The notes below the pieces were generated by a model. It made no database searches and had not been told where the DNA came from. It worked only from the letters and a program-made list of their open reading frames with translations. 64,000 nucleotides of DNA from an uncultured archaeon (GTDB taxonomy: Archaea > Aenigmatarchaeota > Aenigmatarchaeia > QMZP01 > JACQNV01), in assembly GCA_964410585.1 (NCBI GenBank), contig CAYPFW010000001.1:68781-132780 (forward strand). The letters are read 5' to 3'. Below, one piece after another: positions 38,601-47,279 of this stretch. Positions within the stretch are counted from its first letter, which is position 1, and the number at the start of each line of letters is the position of its first letter. A program made the position numbers and the translations under genes.

Positions 38601-38650
38601 GCTAGCCTTTTCTTTTCAAAAAGAAAGGTCTACCGTATCCAAAAGAAAAC
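38601..38650 (+). terminator. conserved 3' hairpin element, copy 2 (inside tRNA locus)
   Basis: GCTAGCC-TTTTCTTTTC-AAAAAGAAAGG-TCTACCGTATCCAAAAGAAAAC. Confidence 0.4.
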
Positions 38651-38663
38651 GATTTACAAACAT

Positions 38664-38745
38664 GGAAGGCGTAAAAATTTTCGAGTTGAGACGAAGAAAA
38701 TTTTAGCCTCCTTTTTGGATTAACCCTTTTCTCAAAAAGGGTTAT
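38664..38745 (+). promoter_or_regulatory. conserved leader element, copy C (upstream of the tRNA 3' segment)
   Basis: GGAAGGCGTAAAAATTTTCGAG...GAAGAAAATTTTAGCCTCCTTTTTGGATTAACCCTTTTCTCAAAAAGGGTTAT. Confidence 0.55.
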
Positions 38746-38800
38746 AGAAAGCGTGTGCCCTTGTGGCTCCAGAGTTCGAATCTCTGTCTCAGCGTGCTAC

Positions 38801-38840
38801 TCTTTCTTTAGAAAAGAAAGAGCACCGTCCAGAAAGAAAC
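38801..38840 (+). terminator. conserved 3' hairpin element, copy 3 (after tRNA 3' end)
   Basis: CTCTTTCTTT-aga-AAAGAAAGAG then CACCGTCCAGAAAGAAAC. Confidence 0.4.
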
Positions 38841-38949
38841 TACAATACAAACACACATCAAACAAAATTGTAATATACCAAAGAGAAACAATATACAATA
38901 AACCAAAGAAGGCTAGAGTACCCAAAAAACTAATTTACAAAAACAATCT

Positions 38950-41010
38950 CTATGATTTTCTGCCTTCCCTTTCCTGCTTTTTTATTGACTCTCCGATCCT
39001 CTTTCTATCTCCTTCATATCCAAGATTTCTTAAAGATGAATGCAAGCCCAAGTCGTAAAGAATTCTAGCTATCTGATATCCTGTTAATCTGTCTTCTGGC
39101 ATCCTAGACAAAACATATTTGCTATCCCCATTGACTAATCTTAGTTTGCTAATCTGGTCCCTTGTGTAAGTATCAGATGCAGAAAATGGAACATATCCAT
39201 TTGTGCTTGGTCTTGTTGCCAGATATCTTCCCAATTCTATTTTTGCTTTCTCAGGATCTGTTGGCAGACCAAGTCCAGATAAAATAGCATCCCTGATTTT
39301 GGGGTTTTGACTTCCAAGCGCAAACTGTGCAAGATCTGTTTTTCTAGCTCTGCCATTATTGATAAGAGGTTTTATTCCGGCCATAGCAGGCAGTGACCTG
39401 TAAAGCCTGTTCATACCATTATGATCTAAGGTTCCACCCAAATCAACAATCTTCGGTTCTGCCGCTTGTTTTACAGCTTCTTCGTGTGCATAGTGAAGTC
39501 CTAAAACATAATCTGAATCATATCCAAAATGGCCCAAAACTTTCTCAGCTCTGTTTAAGTCCATCTTTTCAATAACTCTTTGTTCAAGTAGATCCTTTGG
39601 TACACCGTTTTCGCCTAATGTAATGCCAATTGCAGCTAATTCTTTTCTAAGTGCTCCATCATCTTCCACACCAAAAGCTTGTCTGAGTCTGTCATTTCCA
39701 TATCTGCTTGAATCAACTACTTGAGCCTGCGGAACAGCAACTTTGACAGCCGGAGGAGCAGGCGTTTGTACTACAGGTTTTCCGTCCTTGACTTCTGCTG
39801 GTTTTTGTTCTACAGCCAAAACTTTTGGATCAACTCCTTTTTTCCTAGCAAATTCAATTAGCCATGTATCTGCTTTATCTTGAATATACAACCCTCTGCC
39901 AGTTCTAGGTGTTTTAGAGCCCCTAAATATGGAGTATGCATCATGATATGATAAGTCTGGATCAATTCTTTTCATTCCTTCGTATATATCTGAGAACCTT
40001 ACTGTCTTAGAATCTGAGTCAGAAACCGATTTTGCCGGAGTCTTTGGTTTTGCATATTTATCAATCTCTGCTAAAAATTTCCTTCTCTTTGCATCTGATA
40101 TACCTCTCATTGATGTAACATAATTTTTTGCATGTTCTACAGTCAGATTGCCTGCTTTTACTCCTCTTTTACTTAGAACTTGATATATGCATCCATATTC
40201 TCTTCCTGTTATTTCAGACAAAGCTGTAATTGTTATTCTTTGTGGTTCAATTTTTGGTTCTTCCACTATGGCGCTAGCTACAGCGCTTTTTGGTGATCTA
40301 GGTGTGTATTGATTAAGTCTACCCAATATAGCCTCTCTTTGAGTGGGAGAAACTCTCCTCATGTCATTTAAAACATAATCTCTTGCATCACCTACTGTTA
40401 TTTCCGACGACTCTATTCCTTTGTTTTCAAAAACACCTAAAATCGTATTAATGTTCCTTCCTGTAATTTCAGCTAAATCTCTTGCAGTTATTCTCTGTTT
40501 AGGATCAGTTTTAGGATGCTCTTTTGTTGCCACATGTGCTGTGTCTGCTGGTTTTCTTGGTTCTACAGCTCCAACACTTTCTTCATACAAAAAGTCAACC
40601 AATCCTTCAGAAGAAGAGATTCCTCTGACTCTTTCTGGAGACAAACTAAAAACAACTCTCAAATCTTTTCCCTTAATGACTTTTTCTATTTCCTTCTGTC
40701 CAGAAAAACTTGCAGGCTCATCTGAATATCTTCCATCAACAACTTTGGCTAACAGTGGTTTTTTCGAGTTGAAATCCAAAATCAGATGAGTTGGTCTGTA
40801 TTCAATTCCAACAACTTCACCTTTTTCATTTCCAAATCTCACAGGATATTCAGATACAGAAATTCTAAGAGGTTCTCCACCAACAACAGATGCCCCACTT
40901 GAAAAATTATTTCCAACAGGTTCTCCTGTAATTATGCTATTGCTCAAGCTATCCATGAATGTCGGCGGTGTGCCTTCGGGCTTCGCTTTTACTTCTACTT
41001 TTAGTACCAT
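38950..41010 (-). CDS. hypothetical 686-aa protein with internal ~65-aa repeats
   Basis: Paired segments QRITARDLAEITGRNINTILGVFENKG... and QRITITALSEITGREYGCIYQVLSKRG...; Ala/Arg/Gly-richer than neighbours. Confidence 0.6.
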   Translation of the reverse strand: MVLKVEVKAKPEGTPPTFMDSLSNSIITGEPVGNNFSSGASVVGGEPLRISVSEYPVRFGNEKGEVVGIEYRPTHLILDFNSKKPLLAKVVDGRYSDEPASFSGQKEIEKVIKGKDLRVVFSLSPERVRGISSSEGLVDFLYEESVGAVEPRKPADTAHVATKEHPKTDPKQRITARDLAEITGRNINTILGVFENKGIESSEITVGDARDYVLNDMRRVSPTQREAILGRLNQYTPRSPKSAVASAIVEEPKIEPQRITITALSEITGREYGCIYQVLSKRGVKAGNLTVEHAKNYVTSMRGISDAKRRKFLAEIDKYAKPKTPAKSVSDSDSKTVRFSDIYEGMKRIDPDLSYHDAYSIFRGSKTPRTGRGLYIQDKADTWLIEFARKKGVDPKVLAVEQKPAEVKDGKPVVQTPAPPAVKVAVPQAQVVDSSRYGNDRLRQAFGVEDDGALRKELAAIGITLGENGVPKDLLEQRVIEKMDLNRAEKVLGHFGYDSDYVLGLHYAHEEAVKQAAEPKIVDLGGTLDHNGMNRLYRSLPAMAGIKPLINNGRARKTDLAQFALGSQNPKIRDAILSGLGLPTDPEKAKIELGRYLATRPSTNGYVPFSASDTYTRDQISKLRLVNGDSKYVLSRMPEDRLTGYQIARILYDLGLHSSLRNLGYEGDRKRIGESIKKQEREGRKS

Positions 41011-41041
41011 ACAATAGGAAATCTATACAAATAGTACAGCC

Positions 41042-41725
41042 ATGGTTTATAAATCTTTCTCCTCCCACTATTGTATGGAAATTAGGATAAAATCCTGCAA
41101 ACCAGAAGAAGCAGAAGGTTTGACAGTCCTTATAGATGTGATACATTCCAGTTCAACAATTGTCCAATTGCTTGATTCGGGGATAGAAAAGCTTATACCC
41201 CTCGCAGAAAACCAAGATATACAACCCTTCAAAGAACAAGGCTACTTGGTTTTTGGTGAAAGGTTTTCCACAGCTTTCAAAAAATCAGAATACCTAAACT
41301 CGCCTCTTGTCGCAGAAACTTTGGATTTGAAAGGCAAAAAAGCTGTGATAAAAACAGATAATGGGACAAAAGCAGTTTTGGCAGCAAAGAATGCGTCTGA
41401 AATTTTGATAGGTTGTTTTCTAAATGCAAGAGCGCTTTTGGAATATGTAAAATCCAAAAATCCAAAATCAGTTGACCTGATTCCAGTTGGCAGACACAGA
41501 AAACAGGCAATAGAGGACGAGCTTTTTGCAGAATATTTCAAAAACTTTTTGGAAGGAAAAGAAATGGATTTCGATGGTTGCAAAAATAAAATATTCAAAA
41601 ATTGGAGAAACATAATTCGACTAATTTTCTTAGGGCAACACACAAATTCTTGTTTCAAGCTAAACACATGCACCACGGTTCCTTTGTTCAAAGGTGGCGA
41701 ATTGGTTCCAATAAAAACAAGATGA
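41042..41725 (+). CDS. 2-phosphosulfolactate phosphatase (ComB)-family-like protein
   Basis: LTVLIDVIHSSSTIV resembles the ComB VIDVLRATTT motif. Confidence 0.45.
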   Translation: MVYKSFSSHYCMEIRIKSCKPEEAEGLTVLIDVIHSSSTIVQLLDSGIEKLIPLAENQDIQPFKEQGYLVFGERFSTAFKKSEYLNSPLVAETLDLKGKKAVIKTDNGTKAVLAAKNASEILIGCFLNARALLEYVKSKNPKSVDLIPVGRHRKQAIEDELFAEYFKNFLEGKEMDFDGCKNKIFKNWRNIIRLIFLGQHTNSCFKLNTCTTVPLFKGGELVPIKTR

Positions 41726-41834
41726 GCCGGCTCAAAAGGTTTATATACTCTAATGCACACTTATTTAGATAATTATGGTTACCCAACCGAGAACTGGGAT
41801 TAGTTTTTATTCTAGTTCTCTGTTGTTTATCTTT

Positions 41835-42623
41835 ATGTCAAAGGCTCAAGTTTTAGATCTTAGCGGAAAGCCAAAGGGAGAAACAAACCTAGGCACAGCT
41901 TTCAAAACCGCTGTAAGGAAAGACATAATTCAAAGAGTTTTTGTTTCTGAGCAAGCTGCCAAAAGACAACCATATGGCACAGATCCGCTTGCTGGAGATC
42001 GTTCATCTGCACACTACCATGGAAGCAGACATGTCAAATGGACAATGATGAACAGGGAAATGGCAAGGATGAAAAGAATCCACAACCAAGGTTATTTGAA
42101 TTATACAGCAAGGGTTGTCCCTTATGCAGCAAAAGGAAGGACAGCTCATCCACCAAAAATCGAGAGAGTTTGGACGCAAAAGGTGAATAAGAAAGAAAGA
42201 GTTTTGGCTTTGAAATCAGCGCTTTCAGCTTCTGTTTTGAAAGATTTGGTACTTCTTAGAGGACACAAAGTTGAAAACATCCATGTACCTTTGATTCTTG
42301 AAAATAAATTTGAGGAATTAAAATCAACAAAAACAGTTGTTGAGGCTTTGATTGCTATTGGTTTAGGACACGAGCTTGACAGAACATCTGAAGTTAAAAT
42401 AAGGGCAGGGAGAGGAAAAATGAGAGGAAGGAGATACAAAGTAAAAAAAGGCCCGCTTTTAGTTGTCACAAAGCCTGCCTTGAAACAAGCTGCAAAAAAC
42501 ATTTTAGGCGTTGATGTTGCAACAACAAAAGAACTCACAATGACTTTGCTTGCTCCAGGTGGACAAGCTGGAAGATTAACAATATTTTCAGAAGCTGCGA
42601 TAGAAGAGTTGAACAAGTTGTGA
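41835..42623 (+). CDS. rpl4: ribosomal protein L4 (uL4)
   Basis: Start set to MSKAQVLDLSGK (ORF-track frame +60); archaeal L4 length; followed by L23-L2. Confidence 0.85.
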   Translation: MSKAQVLDLSGKPKGETNLGTAFKTAVRKDIIQRVFVSEQAAKRQPYGTDPLAGDRSSAHYHGSRHVKWTMMNREMARMKRIHNQGYLNYTARVVPYAAKGRTAHPPKIERVWTQKVNKKERVLALKSALSASVLKDLVLLRGHKVENIHVPLILENKFEELKSTKTVVEALIAIGLGHELDRTSEVKIRAGRGKMRGRRYKVKKGPLLVVTKPALKQAAKNILGVDVATTKELTMTLLAPGGQAGRLTIFSEAAIEELNKL

Positions 42624-42636
42624 TTGGAGGATAAAT

Positions 42637-43008
42637 ATGGTTGAAAAAAAACCTAAAAAAGAAACAAAAAAACCAAAGGCTGAAAAACCAGCAAAAAAAG
42701 AAAAGCCTAAATTAGAAAAGAAAACCAATAAACAGAAGGCCCAGAATTTTGATCCTTTCAAAGTTTTATTGTATCCTCATCTTGCAGAAAAATCAGCAGC
42801 TCTTGTTGACACACAAAACAAAATTGTGTTTGTCGTAAATCCAAATTCAACAAAAGAAGATGTCAAGAAAGCAGTTGAATCAGCATTCGGCGTAAAAGTC
42901 GTCGATGTAAACATAGAAAACACAACATACGGCGAGAAAAAAGCATACATCAGACTTCATTCATCAACACCAGCAACAGAAGTTGCAACAAAATTAGGTA
43001 CATTGTAG
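42637..43008 (+). CDS. rpl23: ribosomal protein L23 (uL23)
   Basis: Lys-rich N-terminus then conserved L23 core; synteny. Confidence 0.85.
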   Translation: MVEKKPKKETKKPKAEKPAKKEKPKLEKKTNKQKAQNFDPFKVLLYPHLAEKSAALVDTQNKIVFVVNPNSTKEDVKKAVESAFGVKVVDVNIENTTYGEKKAYIRLHSSTPATEVATKLGTL

Positions 43009-43026
43009 AAACCATGAGTTTAGGTT

Positions 43027-43695
43027 ATGGGTAAGAATTTGATCCAACAAAGAAGGGGAAGAGGTTCATTCACATACTTAGTCCCAAGAAGCGGGAAAAG
43101 ATACAACCCTCTATATAGCGGTAAGAAAGGAGTTGTTAAAGATATTTTACATGATAGAGGAAGAGATGCTCCAATAATTGAAATCCAAAACGAGGATGGA
43201 ACTGTAAATTATATGATAGCTCCAAAGGGAATAAAAGTAGGCGATATTGCTGAAAATTTAGGCGTTCCGCTTTCATCTGTCCAAGAAGGATCACAGATTT
43301 TCGGTTTGGAAACCTATCCAAATTCAGGCCCAAAGCTTTGCATGTCTCCAGGATCATTTGCAACAGTTGTCTCAAAAACAGCAAACGCATGTTTAGTGAA
43401 AATGCCTTCAAGAAAAGAAAAAACATTTAGTTTATCTTGTAGGGCTAGTTTAGGTGTCCCTGCAGGCGATGGTAGAAAAGACCAGCCATTTACAAAAGCA
43501 GGTGTCAAACATTATTTCATGAGAGCAAGAGGAAAACTATATCCTCGTACATCTCCAGTGAAGATGAATGCTATAGACCATCCTTTTGGTGGTGCAACAT
43601 CTGTTGGTACACCAATGACAATCAGCAGGCATGCTCCTCCTGGTGCAAAAGTTGGATCTGTTGCAGCTAGAAGGACGGGTAGGAAGAATAAGTAA
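43027..43695 (+). CDS. rpl2: ribosomal protein L2 (uL2)
   Basis: LIQQRRGRGS N-terminus and HPFGGATSVGTPMT C-terminal motif. Confidence 0.9.
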   Translation: MGKNLIQQRRGRGSFTYLVPRSGKRYNPLYSGKKGVVKDILHDRGRDAPIIEIQNEDGTVNYMIAPKGIKVGDIAENLGVPLSSVQEGSQIFGLETYPNSGPKLCMSPGSFATVVSKTANACLVKMPSRKEKTFSLSCRASLGVPAGDGRKDQPFTKAGVKHYFMRARGKLYPRTSPVKMNAIDHPFGGATSVGTPMTISRHAPPGAKVGSVAARRTGRKNK

Positions 43696-43721
43696 ATAAA
43701 GGAGAAAGTTAAGATATCGCT

Positions 43722-44102
43722 ATGAATGAAATAAAATTTCGTGGACTGGAATTTGAGCAAGTAAAAAAGCTTTCATTAGAAGAATTTAGCAACCTTCTTC
43801 CATCAAGGGACAGAAGAGCTCTTAGAAGAGGTTTCACAGACGCTGAGAAAAAACTTCTAAAAAGCGTCAGAAAAAACCCTAAAAAATTCCACAAAACACA
43901 AGCAAGGGAAATGATAATCATACCAGAATTTGTAGGACAAAGAATAGGAATCCACAACGGCAAAGAATTTGTTGCTGTGGATATAAGACCAGAAATGATT
44001 GGACACAGGCTCGGCGAGTTTGCCCTAACAAGAAAATCAGTCAAGCACTCAGCTCCTGGTTTCGGTGCTACAAAATCATCAAAGTTCGTGCCATTGAAAT
44101 AG
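43722..44102 (+). CDS. rps19: ribosomal protein S19 (uS19)
   Basis: MIGHRLGEFALTRK motif; synteny. Confidence 0.85.
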   Translation: MNEIKFRGLEFEQVKKLSLEEFSNLLPSRDRRALRRGFTDAEKKLLKSVRKNPKKFHKTQAREMIIIPEFVGQRIGIHNGKEFVAVDIRPEMIGHRLGEFALTRKSVKHSAPGFGATKSSKFVPLK

Positions 44103-44149
44103 CTAGCCTTTCTTTTCAGAAAAGAAAGTCTACCGTACCCAAAGAAAAC
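44101..44149 (+). terminator. conserved 3' hairpin element, copy 4 (after rps19)
   Basis: AGCTAGCC-TTTCTTTT-caga-AAAGAAAG-TCTACCGTACCCAAAGAAAAC; overlaps the rps19 stop codon. Confidence 0.45.
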
Positions 44150-44168
44150 GGTATACAGGTTGATAAAT

Positions 44169-44552
44169 ATGTTAAAGTATTCCTTGAATCTAAAGCCAGA
44201 GAAGTCGGCAAAAGTTTACGGTTCAGGCTTGAGAATCTCAACAAAAAATTCAGCAATTGTTTGCAGATCAATAAACGGCATGCAACTTCAAAAAGCAAAA
44301 AAATTTTTGTTGAGAGTTTTGGAAGAAAAAAGTGAAATAAACGGCCGATACTACACAAAAACAACATCAACTGTCCTGGATATGATCTTGTCAGCAGAAA
44401 AAAACGCAGAATTCAAGGGTTTGGACACAGACAGACTTTTTGTCCACGCAGCTGCACAAGCAGGTTACAGGTTTTACAGACCTAGGAGAATGAAAATGCG
44501 AGGACAGCAAAGAAAGGTCTCAAATTTACAAATAGTATTGGAGCAGAGGTAA
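44169..44552 (+). CDS. rpl22: ribosomal protein L22 (uL22)
   Basis: Start set to the ATG 9 nt into the ORF-track frame; synteny between S19 and S3. Confidence 0.8.
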   Translation: MLKYSLNLKPEKSAKVYGSGLRISTKNSAIVCRSINGMQLQKAKKFLLRVLEEKSEINGRYYTKTTSTVLDMILSAEKNAEFKGLDTDRLFVHAAAQAGYRFYRPRRMKMRGQQRKVSNLQIVLEQR

Positions 44553-44553
44553 A

Positions 44554-45363
44554 ATGCTAAACGATTACTTTGTTAAACAATCAATAAGGGAAGTAGAACT
44601 TGAAGATTACATTAAAACAAACTTTCCTTCAGGCGATTATTCAGATATACTCATCCAAAGGACACCGCTTGGTTTGAAAATAATCATCTACACAAACAAA
44701 CCAGGAAGGATAATTGGAAAAAGTGGGAAAAACATAGAAAAAATCGGTGAGTCTTTGAAAGAAAAATTCGGCCTTGAAAACCCGCAAATAGACATTAAGT
44801 CTGTTAGGCACCCGGACCTTGATCCAAAAATTGTCGCAAAACAAATTGCCTCTGCTCTTGAAAGAGGATACAATTACAAAAAAATTGGTAATGTTTTCTT
44901 GAAAAGAATAATAGACGCAGGCGCAATTGGATGTGAAATAATAATCAAAGGAAGCTTGGGCGGAAACATGGCAAGAATGGGTAAATTTATCTCAGGATAT
45001 TTCAAACATTGTGGACAGCCAGCAAAAGAACTTGTTCACACAGCACGATTCCAGGCCCAAACAAAAAGAGGAATAATAGGAATTACAGTTAAAATCCTAG
45101 AAGAATTTCAGGATATCACAGGTGTCAGAAAAACAAAAGCCCAACTTCAGGAAGAAAAGGAAAAGCTCAAGGAAATGCTCCAAAGAAGGTTTATAGAATC
45201 TGAAGCAACAAAAGAATCTATTGAAAACGAAGAGAGAATGGGGAAGACAGAAATTCCACCCGCAACAGAAAAAATAAAGCCTGTAAAAGAAAAAAAACCA
45301 AGAAAACCGAGGGTTCCTAAAAAGAAAGATGAGGTCCTAAAAGAGGAAAAACCTAAGGAATAG
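44554..45363 (+). CDS. rps3: ribosomal protein S3 (uS3)
   Basis: KH domain IGKSGKNIEKIGESLKEKFG; Lys/Glu-rich C-terminal extension. Confidence 0.85.
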   Translation: MLNDYFVKQSIREVELEDYIKTNFPSGDYSDILIQRTPLGLKIIIYTNKPGRIIGKSGKNIEKIGESLKEKFGLENPQIDIKSVRHPDLDPKIVAKQIASALERGYNYKKIGNVFLKRIIDAGAIGCEIIIKGSLGGNMARMGKFISGYFKHCGQPAKELVHTARFQAQTKRGIIGITVKILEEFQDITGVRKTKAQLQEEKEKLKEMLQRRFIESEATKESIENEERMGKTEIPPATEKIKPVKEKKPRKPRVPKKKDEVLKEEKPKE

Positions 45364-45365
45364 AT

Positions 45366-45623
45366 ATGGCAATTTTAAGATTGGATGAAATGAGAAAAAT
45401 GGAAGAAAAAGACCTAAATTCAAAAATAACAGAGTTGAGAATTGAGCTTGCTAAGGAAAAAGCCAATATAAGAATAGGCGCTTCTGTGTCTTCTCCTGGA
45501 AGACTAAAACAGATAAAGAAGACAATAGCAAGAGTTGAGACACTCAAAAAGGAAAAGCTATTAAAGGCTAAGAATCAAGAAATAAGTAAGTCAGCTCCAA
45601 AGGCTGATAAAGAGGGGAAATAA
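45366..45623 (+). CDS. rpl29: ribosomal protein L29 (uL29)
   Basis: MAILRLDEMRKMEEKDLNSKITELRIELAKEKA helical L29 pattern; synteny. Confidence 0.75.
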   Translation: MAILRLDEMRKMEEKDLNSKITELRIELAKEKANIRIGASVSSPGRLKQIKKTIARVETLKKEKLLKAKNQEISKSAPKADKEGK

Positions 45624-45627
45624 GTAA

Positions 45628-45930
45628 ATGGCAGTTTGTCCTAATTGTGGCTTACCAAAAGAAATTTGTGCATGTGAAAGCATAGCACGCGAAGAGGAAA
45701 AGATAAAAGTTTTTTCTGAAAAAAGAAGATACTCACGTCCTATCACAATAATCCATGGTTTGAGCAAGAGTGCTGATAGCAAAGGTATTTTGAAAGAGTT
45801 AAAAACCCGCTTGGCTTGTGGTGGAACAATAAAAAACAATGAAATCGAGCTGCAAGGCGAGCATGTTGAAAAAGTCAAACAACTTTTGCTCAAACTCGGT
45901 TTCCAAAAGGAACAGATAGAAGACTTTTAG
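45628..45930 (+). CDS. sui1: translation initiation factor aSUI1 (eIF1 homologue)
   Basis: N-terminal CPNCG...CAC zinc ribbon and SUI1 core RPITIIHGL ... LACGGTIKNNEIELQG. Confidence 0.8.
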   Translation: MAVCPNCGLPKEICACESIAREEEKIKVFSEKRRYSRPITIIHGLSKSADSKGILKELKTRLACGGTIKNNEIELQGEHVEKVKQLLLKLGFQKEQIEDF

Positions 45931-45966
45931 CACTTTTCTTTTTCTGCTCAGTTTTGAAAAAAGAAA

Positions 45967-46088
45967 TCGTGTCTCTTTGGTTATATTGTGACACGAGATT
46001 GAGTGAGCTTGTCTCACTCAAGATGTGCTCACTGCTCATGTGCTGTTGCACATGACATCTCAGCATCTATTTCACAGTGAGATGCTGA
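45967..46088. other. cluster of four consecutive stem-loops between convergent sui1 and the ArsR-like gene
   Basis: TCGTGTC/GACACGA; TTGAGTGAG/CTCACTCAA; CATGTGC/GCACATG; TCAGCATCT/AGATGCTGA, GC-richer than surroundings. Confidence 0.5.
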
Positions 46089-46145
46089 CCTGCACTAAAG
46101 AAAACAAGCGATTGACTTCAAAAAAATATACAACTAGATACTCTA

Positions 46146-46757
46146 TTAATTTATTTCCATCCTATACTTCTTCGGCAAACCAAATGACGCCACCATCATG
46201 ACTGCACCGATCACAAGAAAAACTATTGTATACAAGCTGAATTCAGGTTCTTGTTCAGTTTCAACTGTTTGTATAATAGAAGTATCTTCTCTTTCTTTAT
46301 TTTCAGTCTCATTAAAGGAACTAGCTGCTTTGAGAGCTCCTGTGACTTTTTCTTGACTGATAACTGAAGGACTTGTTAAAGCAGCATCTGCCAAACTATT
46401 TATTTCATATTGACTAGAAAACTGAGATGAATAAGGCTGAAAAAATGTTGCAAAGGCTCCCAAAAATATCAATCCACCTAAAACCAAAATAACAACAAAT
46501 TGCGGTGTGTATTGCGGTTTCACTAAAGTATTTCCTTTTTCAGTTAGTTCATAGTAAATCCATTTATGTCCAGTTTCCTTTCTTTGAATTAGTCTAGAGT
46601 CTTCTAAATTTTTCAAGTGTTCAGAAATTGTGGAGGCTGCCATTCCAAATTCTTTGGCTAACTCAGTCGGCATTTTCCTTCTCCTGGCTAAACTTTTCAG
46701 TATATCTATTCTTGTCTCTGATGAGAGCGATTTTATCGTAGTCCTATCAAGCTCCAT
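46146..46757 (-). CDS. ArsR-family winged-helix regulator fused to transmembrane segments
   Basis: HTH region MPTELAKEFGMAASTISEHLKNLEDSRLIQRK followed by two predicted TM helices. Confidence 0.65.
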   Translation of the reverse strand: MELDRTTIKSLSSETRIDILKSLARRRKMPTELAKEFGMAASTISEHLKNLEDSRLIQRKETGHKWIYYELTEKGNTLVKPQYTPQFVVILVLGGLIFLGAFATFFQPYSSQFSSQYEINSLADAALTSPSVISQEKVTGALKAASSFNETENKEREDTSIIQTVETEQEPEFSLYTIVFLVIGAVMMVASFGLPKKYRMEIN

Positions 46758-46798
46758 ATTTAGTGTTTATTTTGTCTTGTTTAAATATGACCTGATAT

Positions 46799-46818
46799 TA
46801 TTCGGTTTCTGCCGAATA
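46799..46818. promoter_or_regulatory. perfect palindrome upstream of the ArsR-like gene (candidate operator)
   Basis: TATTCGG-tttctg-CCGAATA about 40-60 nt upstream of the start codon at 46757. Confidence 0.4.
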
Positions 46819-46929
46819 GTTTGCATAGTCATTTGTTCTTACAAAAAAAGATAAAATATGAATAGATATGTGATAATAATTTCGTTTCTAACAGGTTTTT
46901 CGATAGTGGTTTCTACAATTTTTTTATAG

Positions 46930-47250
46930 TTAAGGGAAAATAATGTGTCTTGATTTGTCAACCCTTGTCCAATCACCCTCACTTGTTTCATATGCCACTA
47001 ATCTTCTATTGAAAAAAGTTAGCTTTTTCGGATCGTGTTCTAATGGAATAGGTCCACCATACTCTATCCTATGTGGACCAAACTTTTCCTCAACCCAAGC
47101 ACCTATGCCGTTTATTGTAAATCTCCATAGGGTGTATTCATAATTTCCAAAAAATCTTCTACACCTTTTTTGTTCAGTTGGTTCTCTGATATGAAAACCA
47201 AGTGCTCTCATCTGCTGTACGAATCCGGGTATCATATATAGGTCTGTCAT
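46930..47250 (-). CDS. hypothetical protein (106 aa)
   Basis: ORF track only. Confidence 0.4.
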   Translation of the reverse strand: MTDLYMIPGFVQQMRALGFHIREPTEQKRCRRFFGNYEYTLWRFTINGIGAWVEEKFGPHRIEYGGPIPLEHDPKKLTFFNRRLVAYETSEGDWTRVDKSRHIIFP

Positions 47251-47279
47251 TCAAAAAGTATATAAGATAGTTTTAAATT

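Larger units (their letters stand above)
38534..38794 (+). tRNA. candidate intron-containing or split tRNA (T-arm and acceptor stem recognisable; D and anticodon arms unresolved)
   Basis: 3' part CAGAG-TTCGAAT-CTCTG followed by TCTCAGC-G; perfect 7-bp acceptor partner GCTGAGA at 38534; 8-bp helix GCGCACGC (about 38586-38593) with GCGTGTGC (about 38751-38758) spans about 160 nt of intervening sequence. Confidence 0.3.

Noticed and set aside
38685-38691. Alternative tRNA acceptor 5' strand GTTGAGA inside leader copy C
   Set aside because: Would give a tRNA over 100 nt with no arms; the match falls in a position that is variable-but-similar across all leader copies, so it is probably coincidental
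38753-39058. 101-aa plus-strand ORF across the tRNA 3' segment and hairpin element
   Set aside because: Covers the T-arm-like sequence and a conserved intergenic element and overlaps the 3' end of the 686-aa gene; low-complexity translation
41242-41760. 172-aa reverse-strand ORF overlapping the ComB-like gene
   Set aside because: Plus-strand product has a recognisable ComB-like motif; reverse reading is low-complexity
42530-42580. APGG-containing segment in rpl4 (TLLAPGGQAGRL) resembling the surface-protein C-terminal tail
   Set aside because: Internal to a ribosomal protein and not at a C-terminus; similarity limited to four residues
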